Positions 19,217 through 27,867 of a stretch of 64,000 nucleotides of DNA are shown here, in pieces. The position numbers were made by a program, and so were the translations under genes. Every line of letters starts with the position of its first letter. The first letter of the stretch is position 1. The notes below the pieces were generated by a model. The model saw only the letters and a list, made by a program, of their open reading frames with translations, made no database searches and was not told where the DNA came from. The stretch is from an uncultured Smithella sp. (GTDB taxonomy: Bacteria; Desulfobacterota; Syntrophia; Syntrophales; Smithellaceae), in assembly GCA_964443625.1 (NCBI GenBank), contig CAYUDM010000009.1:10005-74004 (forward strand), read 5' to 3'.

Positions 19217-20659
19217 TTATGTAGATAGCGAAGTCAATTTTCGGGTAAGCACGTCCCGGATGATTTTGGGATTGGCTTTGCCGCCGGAGGCCTGCATGAT
19301 CTGGCCGATCAAAAAACCTGCGGCTTTAGACTGGCCGTTTTTAAAATCGGCCACCGCTGCGGCTTGCGCCGCGAGCACCTGATCGATAATGGCCTCAAGG
19401 GCGCTCGCGTCGGAGACCTGGGCCAAACCTTTTGCTTTTACGATCTCGGCAGGCGCGTCATTCGAATCGAACATCGACGACAGCACGTCGCGCGCGGCAT
19501 TGGCATTGATTTCTTCTTTGGCGAGCATCGAAAGAAGCGCGGCAAGCCTCGCCGGCGTCACAGGCGTCCGGGATAGCTCCTGGCGGCGCTGACGAACCGC
19601 GGGCAATAACTGCGTGGTCAGCCAGTGCAGAGCGGCTCTGGGCTGTACGCCTTCGCGGAGAAGCTCTTCAAAGTAGCCGGCCACCTCCGGATCGGAGCTT
19701 AGATACGTCGCCTCTTCGGCGGAAAGGCCATGCTGATTGACGAAGCGTTCGGCGCGGGTCGCAGGCATTTCCGGCAGTCGCTTGCGCAACGCCTCGATTT
19801 CGTCGGGCGACAGCTCAATCGGCGGCACAGACGGATCCGGAACGCAGGGGCCTTCAAATTTCTGCCGCATCGGGAGCGTGACTTTTTTATCCGGGTCCCA
19901 CAAACGGGTGTGCAGGACCACGGGCTCGCCCGCCTGCACGGCCGCGCTCTGGCGGGTGATCTCATAGGCGATGGCGTCTCCCACATGCCGGACGGAGTTC
20001 ATGTTTTTCACTTCCACTTTGGTGTTCATCTGGTTTGTGCCTTTAGGCCGTATGGAAATGTTCGCGTCCGCGCGCATGGTTCCGTTTTCCATGCTGCACT
20101 CCGATGAACCCACATAGCGCACCTGCGTGCGCAGCGCCTTGAGAAATTCCATCGCGTGGTGCGGCGTGCGGAAATCCGGTTCGGTGACGATTTCGACAAG
20201 CGGCGCGCCGGCGCGGTTGAAATCCACCAGGCTGATGGGGTTGCGGCCTTCCATTTCATGCACCAGCTTGGCAACGTCTTCCTCCATGTGGATATGATGG
20301 ATGCGCAGCCTTTTGACGGAGCCGTTCTCATCGGTGATGTCGATCCAGCCGCCGCGGGACAAAGGCAGATGCGCCTGTGAAAGCTGATAACCTTTGGGCA
20401 GATCCGGATAATAGTAAACCTTCTGATCGAACGCGCTTTTCGGCTGGATTTCGGCATTGAGACCCAGGCACAAAAGCGCCGCTTTATCCAGCGCGGCCTT
20501 GCTGAGGCGCGGCGCGGCGCCGGGATACCACAGGCAGACCGGACAGGTGTTGACATTGGGATCATCGCCGGGATTGTTGGGACAGTCGCAAAACAGTTTG
20601 GTGGCACAGTTGAGTTCCACGTGAATTTCCAATCCAATGACCGCTTCAAATTCCATCAT
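19217..20659 (-). CDS. gatB: Asp-tRNA(Asn)/Glu-tRNA(Gln) amidotransferase subunit B
   Basis: MMEFEAVIGLEIHVELN.. and the rest of the sequence are typical of GatB. I trimmed the start to 20659 (GGAGG SD; ATGA overlap with the upstream stop). The ORF track extends to 20818. Confidence 0.9.
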   Translation of the reverse strand: MMEFEAVIGLEIHVELNCATKLFCDCPNNPGDDPNVNTCPVCLWYPGAAPRLSKAALDKAALLCLGLNAEIQPKSAFDQKVYYYPDLPKGYQLSQAHLPLSRGGWIDITDENGSVKRLRIHHIHMEEDVAKLVHEMEGRNPISLVDFNRAGAPLVEIVTEPDFRTPHHAMEFLKALRTQVRYVGSSECSMENGTMRADANISIRPKGTNQMNTKVEVKNMNSVRHVGDAIAYEITRQSAAVQAGEPVVLHTRLWDPDKKVTLPMRQKFEGPCVPDPSVPPIELSPDEIEALRKRLPEMPATRAERFVNQHGLSAEEATYLSSDPEVAGYFEELLREGVQPRAALHWLTTQLLPAVRQRRQELSRTPVTPARLAALLSMLAKEEINANAARDVLSSMFDSNDAPAEIVKAKGLAQVSDASALEAIIDQVLAAQAAAVADFKNGQSKAAGFLIGQIMQASGGKANPKIIRDVLTRKLTSLST

Positions 20660-21849
20660 GATTTTCCTCCTGTGCCCGGCCGGGAAAGAAAAGTTCCCAG
20701 CGCCAGTATCCGCGCGTCGTCTTTGAGCGCGCCCACAAACTGCAGGGCGGGCCCGCCCGCCGCGAAAGGCGCCGCCGTCAACGCCGGACAACCTGTAACA
20801 TTGGCGTGCGCCGTCCATTTAAACTGATCGTAGAGGTTCTCCAGTGATTCCGGCGTGTCGGGTTTTTGCACAGGAAACACCAGAGCTTCAACCTGTTCAA
20901 AAAGGCGGCTGAATTCTTTGCAAAGCCGCGCGCGGATGCGGCAGGCGTTTTCATAGGCGTCATATCGTTCAAACTGAAAATACGCGCCCTGGATGAGATA
21001 GCTTTTAAGGAGCGTTTTGAAAAAAGCCCCGCGGGATTGCAGATACATGTCGTTCCAGTTTTTGGCCCCGGGAGCGCGTTTGCCGTAGCGCACGGAATCA
21101 TACCGGCCGGCCGAAGACGAGGCTTCAACCGATCCGACAATCCGGTGCACCAGCCCGCACAGGCCATAATCCGGCCAGGAAAGCATCTTTACCTTGAAGC
21201 CCGCTTTTTTGAGTTGCGCCAGTTCTTCGTCAAACGCCTTTTGCTCATCGCCTGCGAGTTCCGCTTTTGCTTCCTCGACAACGCCCAGGGTCATCCGATC
21301 CGGCCGAATCCCGGCAGGTGAACCCTCGGTATACGACAACACAGGCTGGGAAAAGTCTCGGTCATCCGGCCCGGCAACGGCGGCCAGAATCAGGCGGATG
21401 TCCTCAGGCGCACCGGCGAGAATCCCGCAGGCTTCCATCGACGGAAGAAGTCCGGCAATGCCCACACGGGGAATGAGCCCCCAGCTGGGCTTGAAACCCC
21501 AGATGCCTGCGCGGCAGGCGGCCAGACGCGCTTCGCCCGCAAGATCGAGCATCATTTCCGCCCGGGCGGCCTTTTGATCAATGGCCCGGCCTGCTGCGCT
21601 TTGGGCGTCAAGACCCAAGCCGAATTCACTCGTGTGCGTCGAGCCCACAAGGAAAGCGCCGTTTTGTTGAAGCCGCTCGACAACCGCCGCGTTTTCGGCC
21701 GCCTGGAAACCGGCCAGAGCATCCGAGCCCGGGTCCATAGGCCAGCCCGCGACGCCGATGCCGGATTGAATGGCTACGGTCATTCCCGCAAGCTTGCCCG
21801 CGGGACTTTCAGTTCTGTTGGGATTGCGATAGAAAAAAGTGGAATCCAT
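20656..21849 (-). CDS. GatA-like amidase-fold protein lacking the amidase catalytic residues
   Basis: 397 aa and collinear with GatA (..WGFKPSWGLIPRVG.., ..SSSAGRYDSVRYG.., ..NVTGCPAL..). However, IKD is replaced by IQS, the GGSSGG block is absent, and TGGSIR is replaced by AGEARL. See findings. Confidence 0.7.
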   Translation of the reverse strand: MDSTFFYRNPNRTESPAGKLAGMTVAIQSGIGVAGWPMDPGSDALAGFQAAENAAVVERLQQNGAFLVGSTHTSEFGLGLDAQSAAGRAIDQKAARAEMMLDLAGEARLAACRAGIWGFKPSWGLIPRVGIAGLLPSMEACGILAGAPEDIRLILAAVAGPDDRDFSQPVLSYTEGSPAGIRPDRMTLGVVEEAKAELAGDEQKAFDEELAQLKKAGFKVKMLSWPDYGLCGLVHRIVGSVEASSSAGRYDSVRYGKRAPGAKNWNDMYLQSRGAFFKTLLKSYLIQGAYFQFERYDAYENACRIRARLCKEFSRLFEQVEALVFPVQKPDTPESLENLYDQFKWTAHANVTGCPALTAAPFAAGGPALQFVGALKDDARILALGTFLSRPGTGGKS

Positions 21850-21859
21850 AGATCATCCT

Positions 21860-23980
21860 TTATTCCAGAATACTGGCGACTTTGAAATAATTGCCCTTGA
21901 CCGCCGGCGCGCTTTGAAGAAGTTTTCCGGTTTCGGCCAGTTCCGATCGCTTGGCATCCAGACCGGGCCGCGTGCGATGAGACGCGGGCAAAACCGATTG
22001 GATCGGCTCTTCATTTCCCGCTTCTTTGCCCGCAAGGCCGGCCAGCGCTTCGGCCTGGCTTAAAACCTCTTCCATCACGGACCGCTCCGCAGGATCAACG
22101 CCGATGCGCGACACCCACGACACGCGGTCGAGCAGATTTTCTTTTTCCGCGGTTCCGGGAAGAACCTCTTTGCCGCCCAGATTCAAAAGGCCCAGTTCAG
22201 CCAGTTGCTGATGTTTGACAACGGACGGCGCACCGGTAAGCGGACAACCTGCCGAGCGGTTTTTCGGAAATGCGATGACGTCGCGGATGGAGGGCGTTTT
22301 GAGAATCATCGAGACCACACGGTCCATTCCCAGCGCGAGGCCTCCGTGAGGCGGCGCGCCGTAGTCGAAGGCTGTCAGGAAAAAGCCGAACTTTTCCCGC
22401 ATGTCCTCTTCGGAAAGCCCCAGCGCAGAGAAGATCTTGCGCTGAAGATCGCGGTTGTTGATACGGATGCTGCCGCCGCCCAGCTCCTCGCCGTTCATCA
22501 CCAGATCGTAGGCGCGTGAACGCAACCCGAGCAGCTCCTCGACGTTTTTCGGGTCGAAATCCGTTCGGTCCGGCGCGGTGAAAGGATGATGGCTCGAGGT
22601 GACGCCCCCCTCCTCCGTGGGTTCAAAAAGAGGAAACTCTGTGACCCACAGCGGGCAGAAAAGATCTTCGGGAATCAGCCCCAGACGGTTGGCCAGGTGC
22701 AGGCGAAGCTGCCCCAACGCGGACGTGACAATCGCGTAAGACGGATCGGCCACCATGATGAGCACGTCGCCGTCCTGCACGTCAAAACGTTTCCAGAGCG
22801 CAGCCAGTTCCGCCTCGCTGAAAAACTGGACGATGTTGGATTCCAGTTTTCCGCCTTCGGCGCGCATCCAGGTTATTCCCTTGGCGCCGAAAGACGGCGC
22901 GATTTCTTTGGCGTATTCATTTTGCAGGACGTTTTTGCTCAGGCTCTCCGACCTGCCTTTGACGTTGATGCCCTTGATGCAGCCGCCGCGCTTGAGAATC
23001 TGTCGGAAGATTGAATAATTTGTATGGGTGAAAACATCGGTGACATCCACAAAGCGCAGGCCGAAGCGCAGATCGGGACGGTCCGAACCGGTGGTGTCCA
23101 TCGCCTCGGCGTAGGTCATGCGCGGAAATGGCCGGGGAAGCGAAATGCCGCCGACGTCGAACATCTGTACAGTCAGCTCTTCGATCAGATCGTAGAGAAA
23201 TTCTTCATCGATAAAAGACGCTTCAAGATCCAGCTGCGTGAATTCCGGCTGGCGGTTGGGGCGCAGGTCTTCATCACGGAAACACCGGGCCATCTGGAAA
23301 TAGCGCTCCAGGCCGCCGATCATTAAAAGCTGTTTGAAAAGCTGCGGCGACTGCGGCAGGGCGTAGAAATTGCCCGGATGGACGCGGCTGGGCACCAGAT
23401 AGTCGCGCGCGCCTTCAGGTGTGCTCATCGTCAGCACGGGCGTTTCGACTTCCATAAAGCCCCGCTCACCAAGGAAGCGGCGCACGCACTGGAATATTTT
23501 GTGGCGCAATAGCAGATTGCTTTGCATGGCCGGTCGCCGGATATCCAGATAGCGGTACTGGAGGCGCAGTTCTTCTGAAACGCTTTCGGAACCTGTTTTT
23601 TCCGCGCCCGCAACCATGGCTTTATCGGATATCGCAAACGGTAGCGGATCGGATTCGGCCAGAATTGTCATCCGGCCGACGACCACTTCAACCTGCCCGG
23701 TTTCAATATTGGGGTTTTCCGTTCCGGCCAGTCTTTTTCTCACCTCGCCTTCGGCTGAAACGCAATATTCAGCGCGAAGCGAGGAGGCCTTCTCGCAGAT
23801 CTCCCGGGGCGTGATCTCCGGATTGAAAACGATCTGCACAATGCCGCTGCGGTCGCGCAAATGGATGAATATCAGACCGCCGTGATCGCGGTAGGCGTCC
23901 ACCCATCCACAAAGCTGCACATTTCGTCCGACATGCTCCACCTTCACGCTGCCGCAAAAGGTCCGCAGGGAAAAACTCAT
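21860..23980 (-). CDS. aspS: Aspartate-tRNA ligase with a C-terminal GatC-like domain (fusion)
   Basis: The first about 595 aa are a bacterial class-II AspRS (FRDEDLRPNRQPEFTQLD, GGGSIR, ..AFPKN). The last about 95 aa resemble GatC and end in APAVKGNYFKVASILE. Confidence 0.9.
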   Translation of the reverse strand: MSFSLRTFCGSVKVEHVGRNVQLCGWVDAYRDHGGLIFIHLRDRSGIVQIVFNPEITPREICEKASSLRAEYCVSAEGEVRKRLAGTENPNIETGQVEVVVGRMTILAESDPLPFAISDKAMVAGAEKTGSESVSEELRLQYRYLDIRRPAMQSNLLLRHKIFQCVRRFLGERGFMEVETPVLTMSTPEGARDYLVPSRVHPGNFYALPQSPQLFKQLLMIGGLERYFQMARCFRDEDLRPNRQPEFTQLDLEASFIDEEFLYDLIEELTVQMFDVGGISLPRPFPRMTYAEAMDTTGSDRPDLRFGLRFVDVTDVFTHTNYSIFRQILKRGGCIKGINVKGRSESLSKNVLQNEYAKEIAPSFGAKGITWMRAEGGKLESNIVQFFSEAELAALWKRFDVQDGDVLIMVADPSYAIVTSALGQLRLHLANRLGLIPEDLFCPLWVTEFPLFEPTEEGGVTSSHHPFTAPDRTDFDPKNVEELLGLRSRAYDLVMNGEELGGGSIRINNRDLQRKIFSALGLSEEDMREKFGFFLTAFDYGAPPHGGLALGMDRVVSMILKTPSIRDVIAFPKNRSAGCPLTGAPSVVKHQQLAELGLLNLGGKEVLPGTAEKENLLDRVSWVSRIGVDPAERSVMEEVLSQAEALAGLAGKEAGNEEPIQSVLPASHRTRPGLDAKRSELAETGKLLQSAPAVKGNYFKVASILE

Positions 23981-24127
23981 GATATTTCGATCCTTTCTGC
24001 TGGAATATCAGGATACAAAAATGTTCCTGATACAAAATTGTTCGCGGAGCGTATCAAAACTGTTGAAATGTGACAAGATATTAAAATTATAAGATGTGAA
24101 TAAAGAAGTGAATTGCCGACAATAACC

Positions 24128-24234
24128 GGATTGATCGGGGATCAATCCCTACATTCAGACATCGACTGTAGGGCGTATCCCCCCGAACACGCCCATACCG
24201 TCTGCCAAAGCCGGATCGGTCGGGGACCGATTCC
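24128..24234. repeat. Two tandem REP-like hairpin units downstream of the radical SAM gene
   Basis: ggattgatc-ggg-gatcaatcc (24128-24148) and ggatcggtc-ggg-gaccgattcc (24213-24234), each followed by CTAC. The same unit occurs at 19195-19215, with a degenerate copy at 17155-17171. Confidence 0.6.
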
Positions 24235-25166
24235 TACAAACCCCGCATGTATTCGGGTCGAAGCAGGCGCGGATCTTTGCGCGACAACAGCGTGTTTAAC
24301 TGGCGAAGGACTTTTTCTTTGTCTTGCGGCAGGGTTCCCCGAATCGCGAAATAATTCGACGCGTGCATGGAGCTGAAAAAACAGTTCGTAAACGATGCGT
24401 TTTCAACCAGACCTTTCAATTCCCGCAGCGAATCAAAAGGCGTGATGAGCTCGAGCTCTCCGCGTTCGACTTCTTTATACAATTCGGTTCCGGGAACCAG
24501 CGTCAGCGTGAGCGCGCCCGCGTAATCCGGATCCATCTCTGTCAGGATTCTGGCGGTTTCAGCCACATGGCGCTCGCTTCCAGCAACACCACCCAAACCC
24601 AAAATAACAGTGGCCGAAAGCAAAATACCCGAAGCTTTGACTTTGCGCGCGGCTTCCACCATCTGGTCATGCGTGACGTTTTTCTTGATCTTTCGCAAAA
24701 CCTCGTCATCGCCGCTTTCGACACCCATATACAAAATGCCGAGTTTCTGGTCTTTGAGCGCTTTTAATTCATCCATGGAGCGCCGAAGAATATCCTGCGG
24801 TGTGGCGTAGCTCGCAATGCGCTCGAGACCGGGAAATTTGGCATTCAGATACTGCAGTGCTTCCATCAGTTTCGGGTACGGATAAACCAGCGCATCGCCG
24901 TCTTGCAGGAACACTCTTCTTCCGTCCCACTGCTGCAAAATGGCATAGACGATCGGATCCACACCAGGAAGCCACATTCTGGAATGCACAAACAGCGACA
25001 TGGCGTCGATTTCCCTTTTGACGTCGGCAAGATCGCGCATGCCGAGATTCGTGAAAGAAAAGTTGCAAAACGTGCAGGAGTTGTTGGAACAGCCCGACGT
25101 GAGCGGCAGATAGTAACTTGCGTGCTCGCTGGGAGGTCGAATTATATCCGGTCTTTCAAATGCCAT
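24234..25166 (-). CDS. Radical SAM protein with a CX4CX2C cluster motif
   Basis: The N-terminal LPLTSGCSNNSCTFCNF precedes a TIM-barrel-like remainder. Confidence 0.65.
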   Translation of the reverse strand: MAFERPDIIRPPSEHASYYLPLTSGCSNNSCTFCNFSFTNLGMRDLADVKREIDAMSLFVHSRMWLPGVDPIVYAILQQWDGRRVFLQDGDALVYPYPKLMEALQYLNAKFPGLERIASYATPQDILRRSMDELKALKDQKLGILYMGVESGDDEVLRKIKKNVTHDQMVEAARKVKASGILLSATVILGLGGVAGSERHVAETARILTEMDPDYAGALTLTLVPGTELYKEVERGELELITPFDSLRELKGLVENASFTNCFFSSMHASNYFAIRGTLPQDKEKVLRQLNTLLSRKDPRLLRPEYMRGL

Positions 25167-25294
25167 GATGTCACCTTACCTGTCGAATATTTATGTTCAA
25201 TATAGATGCCGCCCTCAGGTTGTCAAGCTACCGCCGTTAGATCCCTGAATGATCCGGTAAGTCCCTCTTAGAAACTTTCTCTGGTGTTTTCTGA

Positions 25295-25999
25295 TCAGAT
25301 ATCCTGATTTCGCGCGCCTGTTATCCGCACGTCAAACGTGAAAGAGACAAGCACGGGCAGAAGCGCGCCGAAAATGAGCGCCCAGGCGATTTCTCCTAAA
25401 GGAACACCGCACAAAGGTTTCCCCCATGTTCCATCGAGGTTCCACTGGTGGACAAAACCCGGCAGCAGGAAAAAAGTCGCCAAAACGATCAGAAACCAGG
25501 CCAGCCCGAAAATCACAAATCCCGTAGCGGCAAGCGGCCAGGCATCAGGCCGCAAGACCAAAAGACCGGCCGCCAAAGCCGTGCAGATGATCAACAGCAA
25601 GCTCATCGGATTGATCTGCATGTAAATCCCCATCAGATAGGCCAGATACGCCAGCGGCATCATACAGGCAATACGACGAAATGAAGCCCGCCATTGAAAA
25701 TGGACGGTCAATGTCTTTTGCCAAATCACAGCCACCAGATACCAGGGAATCATAGCCACGACTGCGGCAATCAAGATATCTTCAATGCCTACAACCATTC
25801 CGCCCACTCGCTTCGGCATCCAGTAATGCTCTTCCAGGAAGAAACAAAAAACACCGCTTGTGGCGTTGAGCAGCCCGGCATAAATCATCAGACGGAAGTG
25901 AACCGGTTGCAGAGTCAGACGGCCCAAAACCAGCGTGATCGTTAGATAAACCGTGCTGGATAGAATCAACGCGTATGAAAGAACGGACTCGCTCATCAT
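25295..25999 (-). CDS. Polytopic membrane protein (possibly lycopene-cyclase-domain-like)
   Basis: About 7 hydrophobic segments, with GIEDIL and GVPLGEI motifs. I trimmed the start to the MMSES adjacent to the upstream stop. Confidence 0.4.
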   Translation of the reverse strand: MMSESVLSYALILSSTVYLTITLVLGRLTLQPVHFRLMIYAGLLNATSGVFCFFLEEHYWMPKRVGGMVVGIEDILIAAVVAMIPWYLVAVIWQKTLTVHFQWRASFRRIACMMPLAYLAYLMGIYMQINPMSLLLIICTALAAGLLVLRPDAWPLAATGFVIFGLAWFLIVLATFFLLPGFVHQWNLDGTWGKPLCGVPLGEIAWALIFGALLPVLVSFTFDVRITGARNQDI

Positions 26000-26000
26000 G

Positions 26001-27122
26001 TCAGCGTTCCCGCAACGCGTCGATCGGATTGAGTTTGAGCGCACGCCAGGCGGGAATGAGCCCAGCGCCCAATCCGATGGCCAGGATGACGGCCGATTGT
26101 TCGGCCAACGCCGACCACGACGGTGCGACGAGAATAAACCCCTGAAGTTTCGGATGCAAAACGAGCAATTTCAGCCCCAAATAGCCGCAAGCGATTCCCG
26201 CCAAGCCCCCTGCCGCGCTCAGAGCAAGGCTTTCGAGCATAATGAGCGTGATGATTCTTCGTCCCGACCAACCCACCGCATTCAGAACGCCGATTTCGCG
26301 CGTTTTTTCCAGTACCGCGACCAACATAGTGTTAAAGACGATGAGAAGCCCCATGATCAGACCGACCAGCGATGCGGCCCAGGACATGCCGCGCCAGAAT
26401 CGGTATAACTCATTTTCCTGCGCGGCCGTTTGGGCCGCGACAAACAGGAATTGAGGATATTTTTCAGAAAGCCGGGCGCGGGCCGTCTCAAGGCCTTTTT
26501 CATGGTCGCCGCCTTCTACGCGAAGATGCACGACGGTGATCTTTCCCTGTCGGTCCAGAAGATCCTGCAGGCCGGACAGAGGCATCATCAGGCTGTTGTT
26601 GCCCAAAACATTGTCCAAAAGCGCCACACCGGCCACCCGCAGCTCGCCGCCGAAAGGCGACAGAACACCGCCCGCCTGGATGTCAAGCGATTGGGCAAGC
26701 CCCTCGCCGACCACAACCTGGTCGCGGGAATGAGGATCTGGAAGCCGTCCTGAAATCAGAGCAACCTGACTCCACAGCACGCTGTCGCCGGGCCAGCCTC
26801 GCACCAAAACGGAGGCGCCGGATTCCAGCGTAATCACATCAATCAGTTCCGTAGAAACAGATTCCACCCCCTCAACGGCTTTCAACTCGTCGGCAATGCG
26901 TTCATCAATCGCGCCGGTCAATAAATTCATCACTCCTTTGCGATGGGCCATCAAATGCGTCCCCTGCTTGACCAGGCTGCCGTTCCATGCCGTTTCCAGG
27001 CCGCGCCCCAATCCGGTGAGTACCGTAAACCCGCCCACTGCCGCCGCAACGCAAATCACCGTAACCGCCGTGCGCACCGGCCGCTGCACAAGATGCCGAA
27101 TGATGATGTGAACCAGACGCAT
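26001..27122 (-). CDS. ABC transporter permease, FtsX/LolC-E/MacB type
   Basis: The architecture is TM, a large periplasmic loop, then three C-terminal TM segments. I trimmed the start to MRLVHIIIRHL. Confidence 0.8.
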   Translation of the reverse strand: MRLVHIIIRHLVQRPVRTAVTVICVAAAVGGFTVLTGLGRGLETAWNGSLVKQGTHLMAHRKGVMNLLTGAIDERIADELKAVEGVESVSTELIDVITLESGASVLVRGWPGDSVLWSQVALISGRLPDPHSRDQVVVGEGLAQSLDIQAGGVLSPFGGELRVAGVALLDNVLGNNSLMMPLSGLQDLLDRQGKITVVHLRVEGGDHEKGLETARARLSEKYPQFLFVAAQTAAQENELYRFWRGMSWAASLVGLIMGLLIVFNTMLVAVLEKTREIGVLNAVGWSGRRIITLIMLESLALSAAGGLAGIACGYLGLKLLVLHPKLQGFILVAPSWSALAEQSAVILAIGLGAGLIPAWRALKLNPIDALRER

Positions 27123-27135
27123 AAACCGACTTTCC

Positions 27136-27867
27136 TTATTCTTCCCGCGGCATCGACGCTGAACCGGACACCACTTCAATCAACACGCGCAATTTCGTTT
27201 CGGGTTCCATATAGATTGAGCGAACAATCCCCTGCCCCCAAATGGTTGTGCGCACTTCGAGGATTTGAATGGAGGCCGTCAGGATATTTCGTCTATTGTA
27301 GCTCTCTATTCTCTGAGGCTCGCCGGTTATTCTGGAAACATAAACGAGACGCTTTCCATTTTCCGGCCAACCGCTTGGTCCCTCGGGAAGAATTTCATAC
27401 ACCTCGACCTCGTTGTCGGATTTTGCTTCGTGCCTTGCCGCTTTGAAAGAAAGACAGAGCCAATCCGTCAGCACATGCCAGGGCAGTAAAGTGCCGGCGA
27501 TTCGGTTCTCGGAAGACCCGGGAAAAGCGCCCGCTCCGTTGCGGCATGGATGCGGCGGCCCCGTCGGACCGCACTCGAGGCAAAATGACGCCGTTTGTAA
27601 CTGTTCATCGGTCGGTTCGACCGTAAGACGGATGATTTTGTCATTGGAGACGTAATGAACTTTCAGGTTTGAAACGGATCTCTTTCCTCTATGATCCAGG
27701 CCGGTCAACCTCAAATCGATCAGGGCTTCATCGACCGCCGGCCGACTCAGACATTGAAGCGGCTCTGTCAACGACTCGGACGCAAGAGCAGCACCGGCCG
27801 CCATGATGAGACTCCATAAAACGATGCTGAACAAAACAAAAAACAGGTGTCGATCCTGAATACTCAT
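27136..27867 (-). CDS. Secreted protein, LolA-like lipoprotein-sorting fold suspected
   Basis: It has a signal peptide and sits between the ABC ATPase and the permease. The family call is weak. Confidence 0.4.
   Translation of the reverse strand: MSIQDRHLFFVLFSIVLWSLIMAAGAALASESLTEPLQCLSRPAVDEALIDLRLTGLDHRGKRSVSNLKVHYVSNDKIIRLTVEPTDEQLQTASFCLECGPTGPPHPCRNGAGAFPGSSENRIAGTLLPWHVLTDWLCLSFKAARHEAKSDNEVEVYEILPEGPSGWPENGKRLVYVSRITGEPQRIESYNRRNILTASIQILEVRTTIWGQGIVRSIYMEPETKLRVLIEVVSGSASMPREE

Noticed and set aside
19217-20818. N-terminally extended ORF versions: gatB to 20818, the lipoprotein to 8594, TraB to 59396, MinD-Fd from 40545, NifX-like from 45285, the ABC permease to 27179.
   Set aside because: The extensions overlap upstream genes, are Arg/Gly-rich with no family similarity, and internal starts have SD sequences and canonical N-termini.
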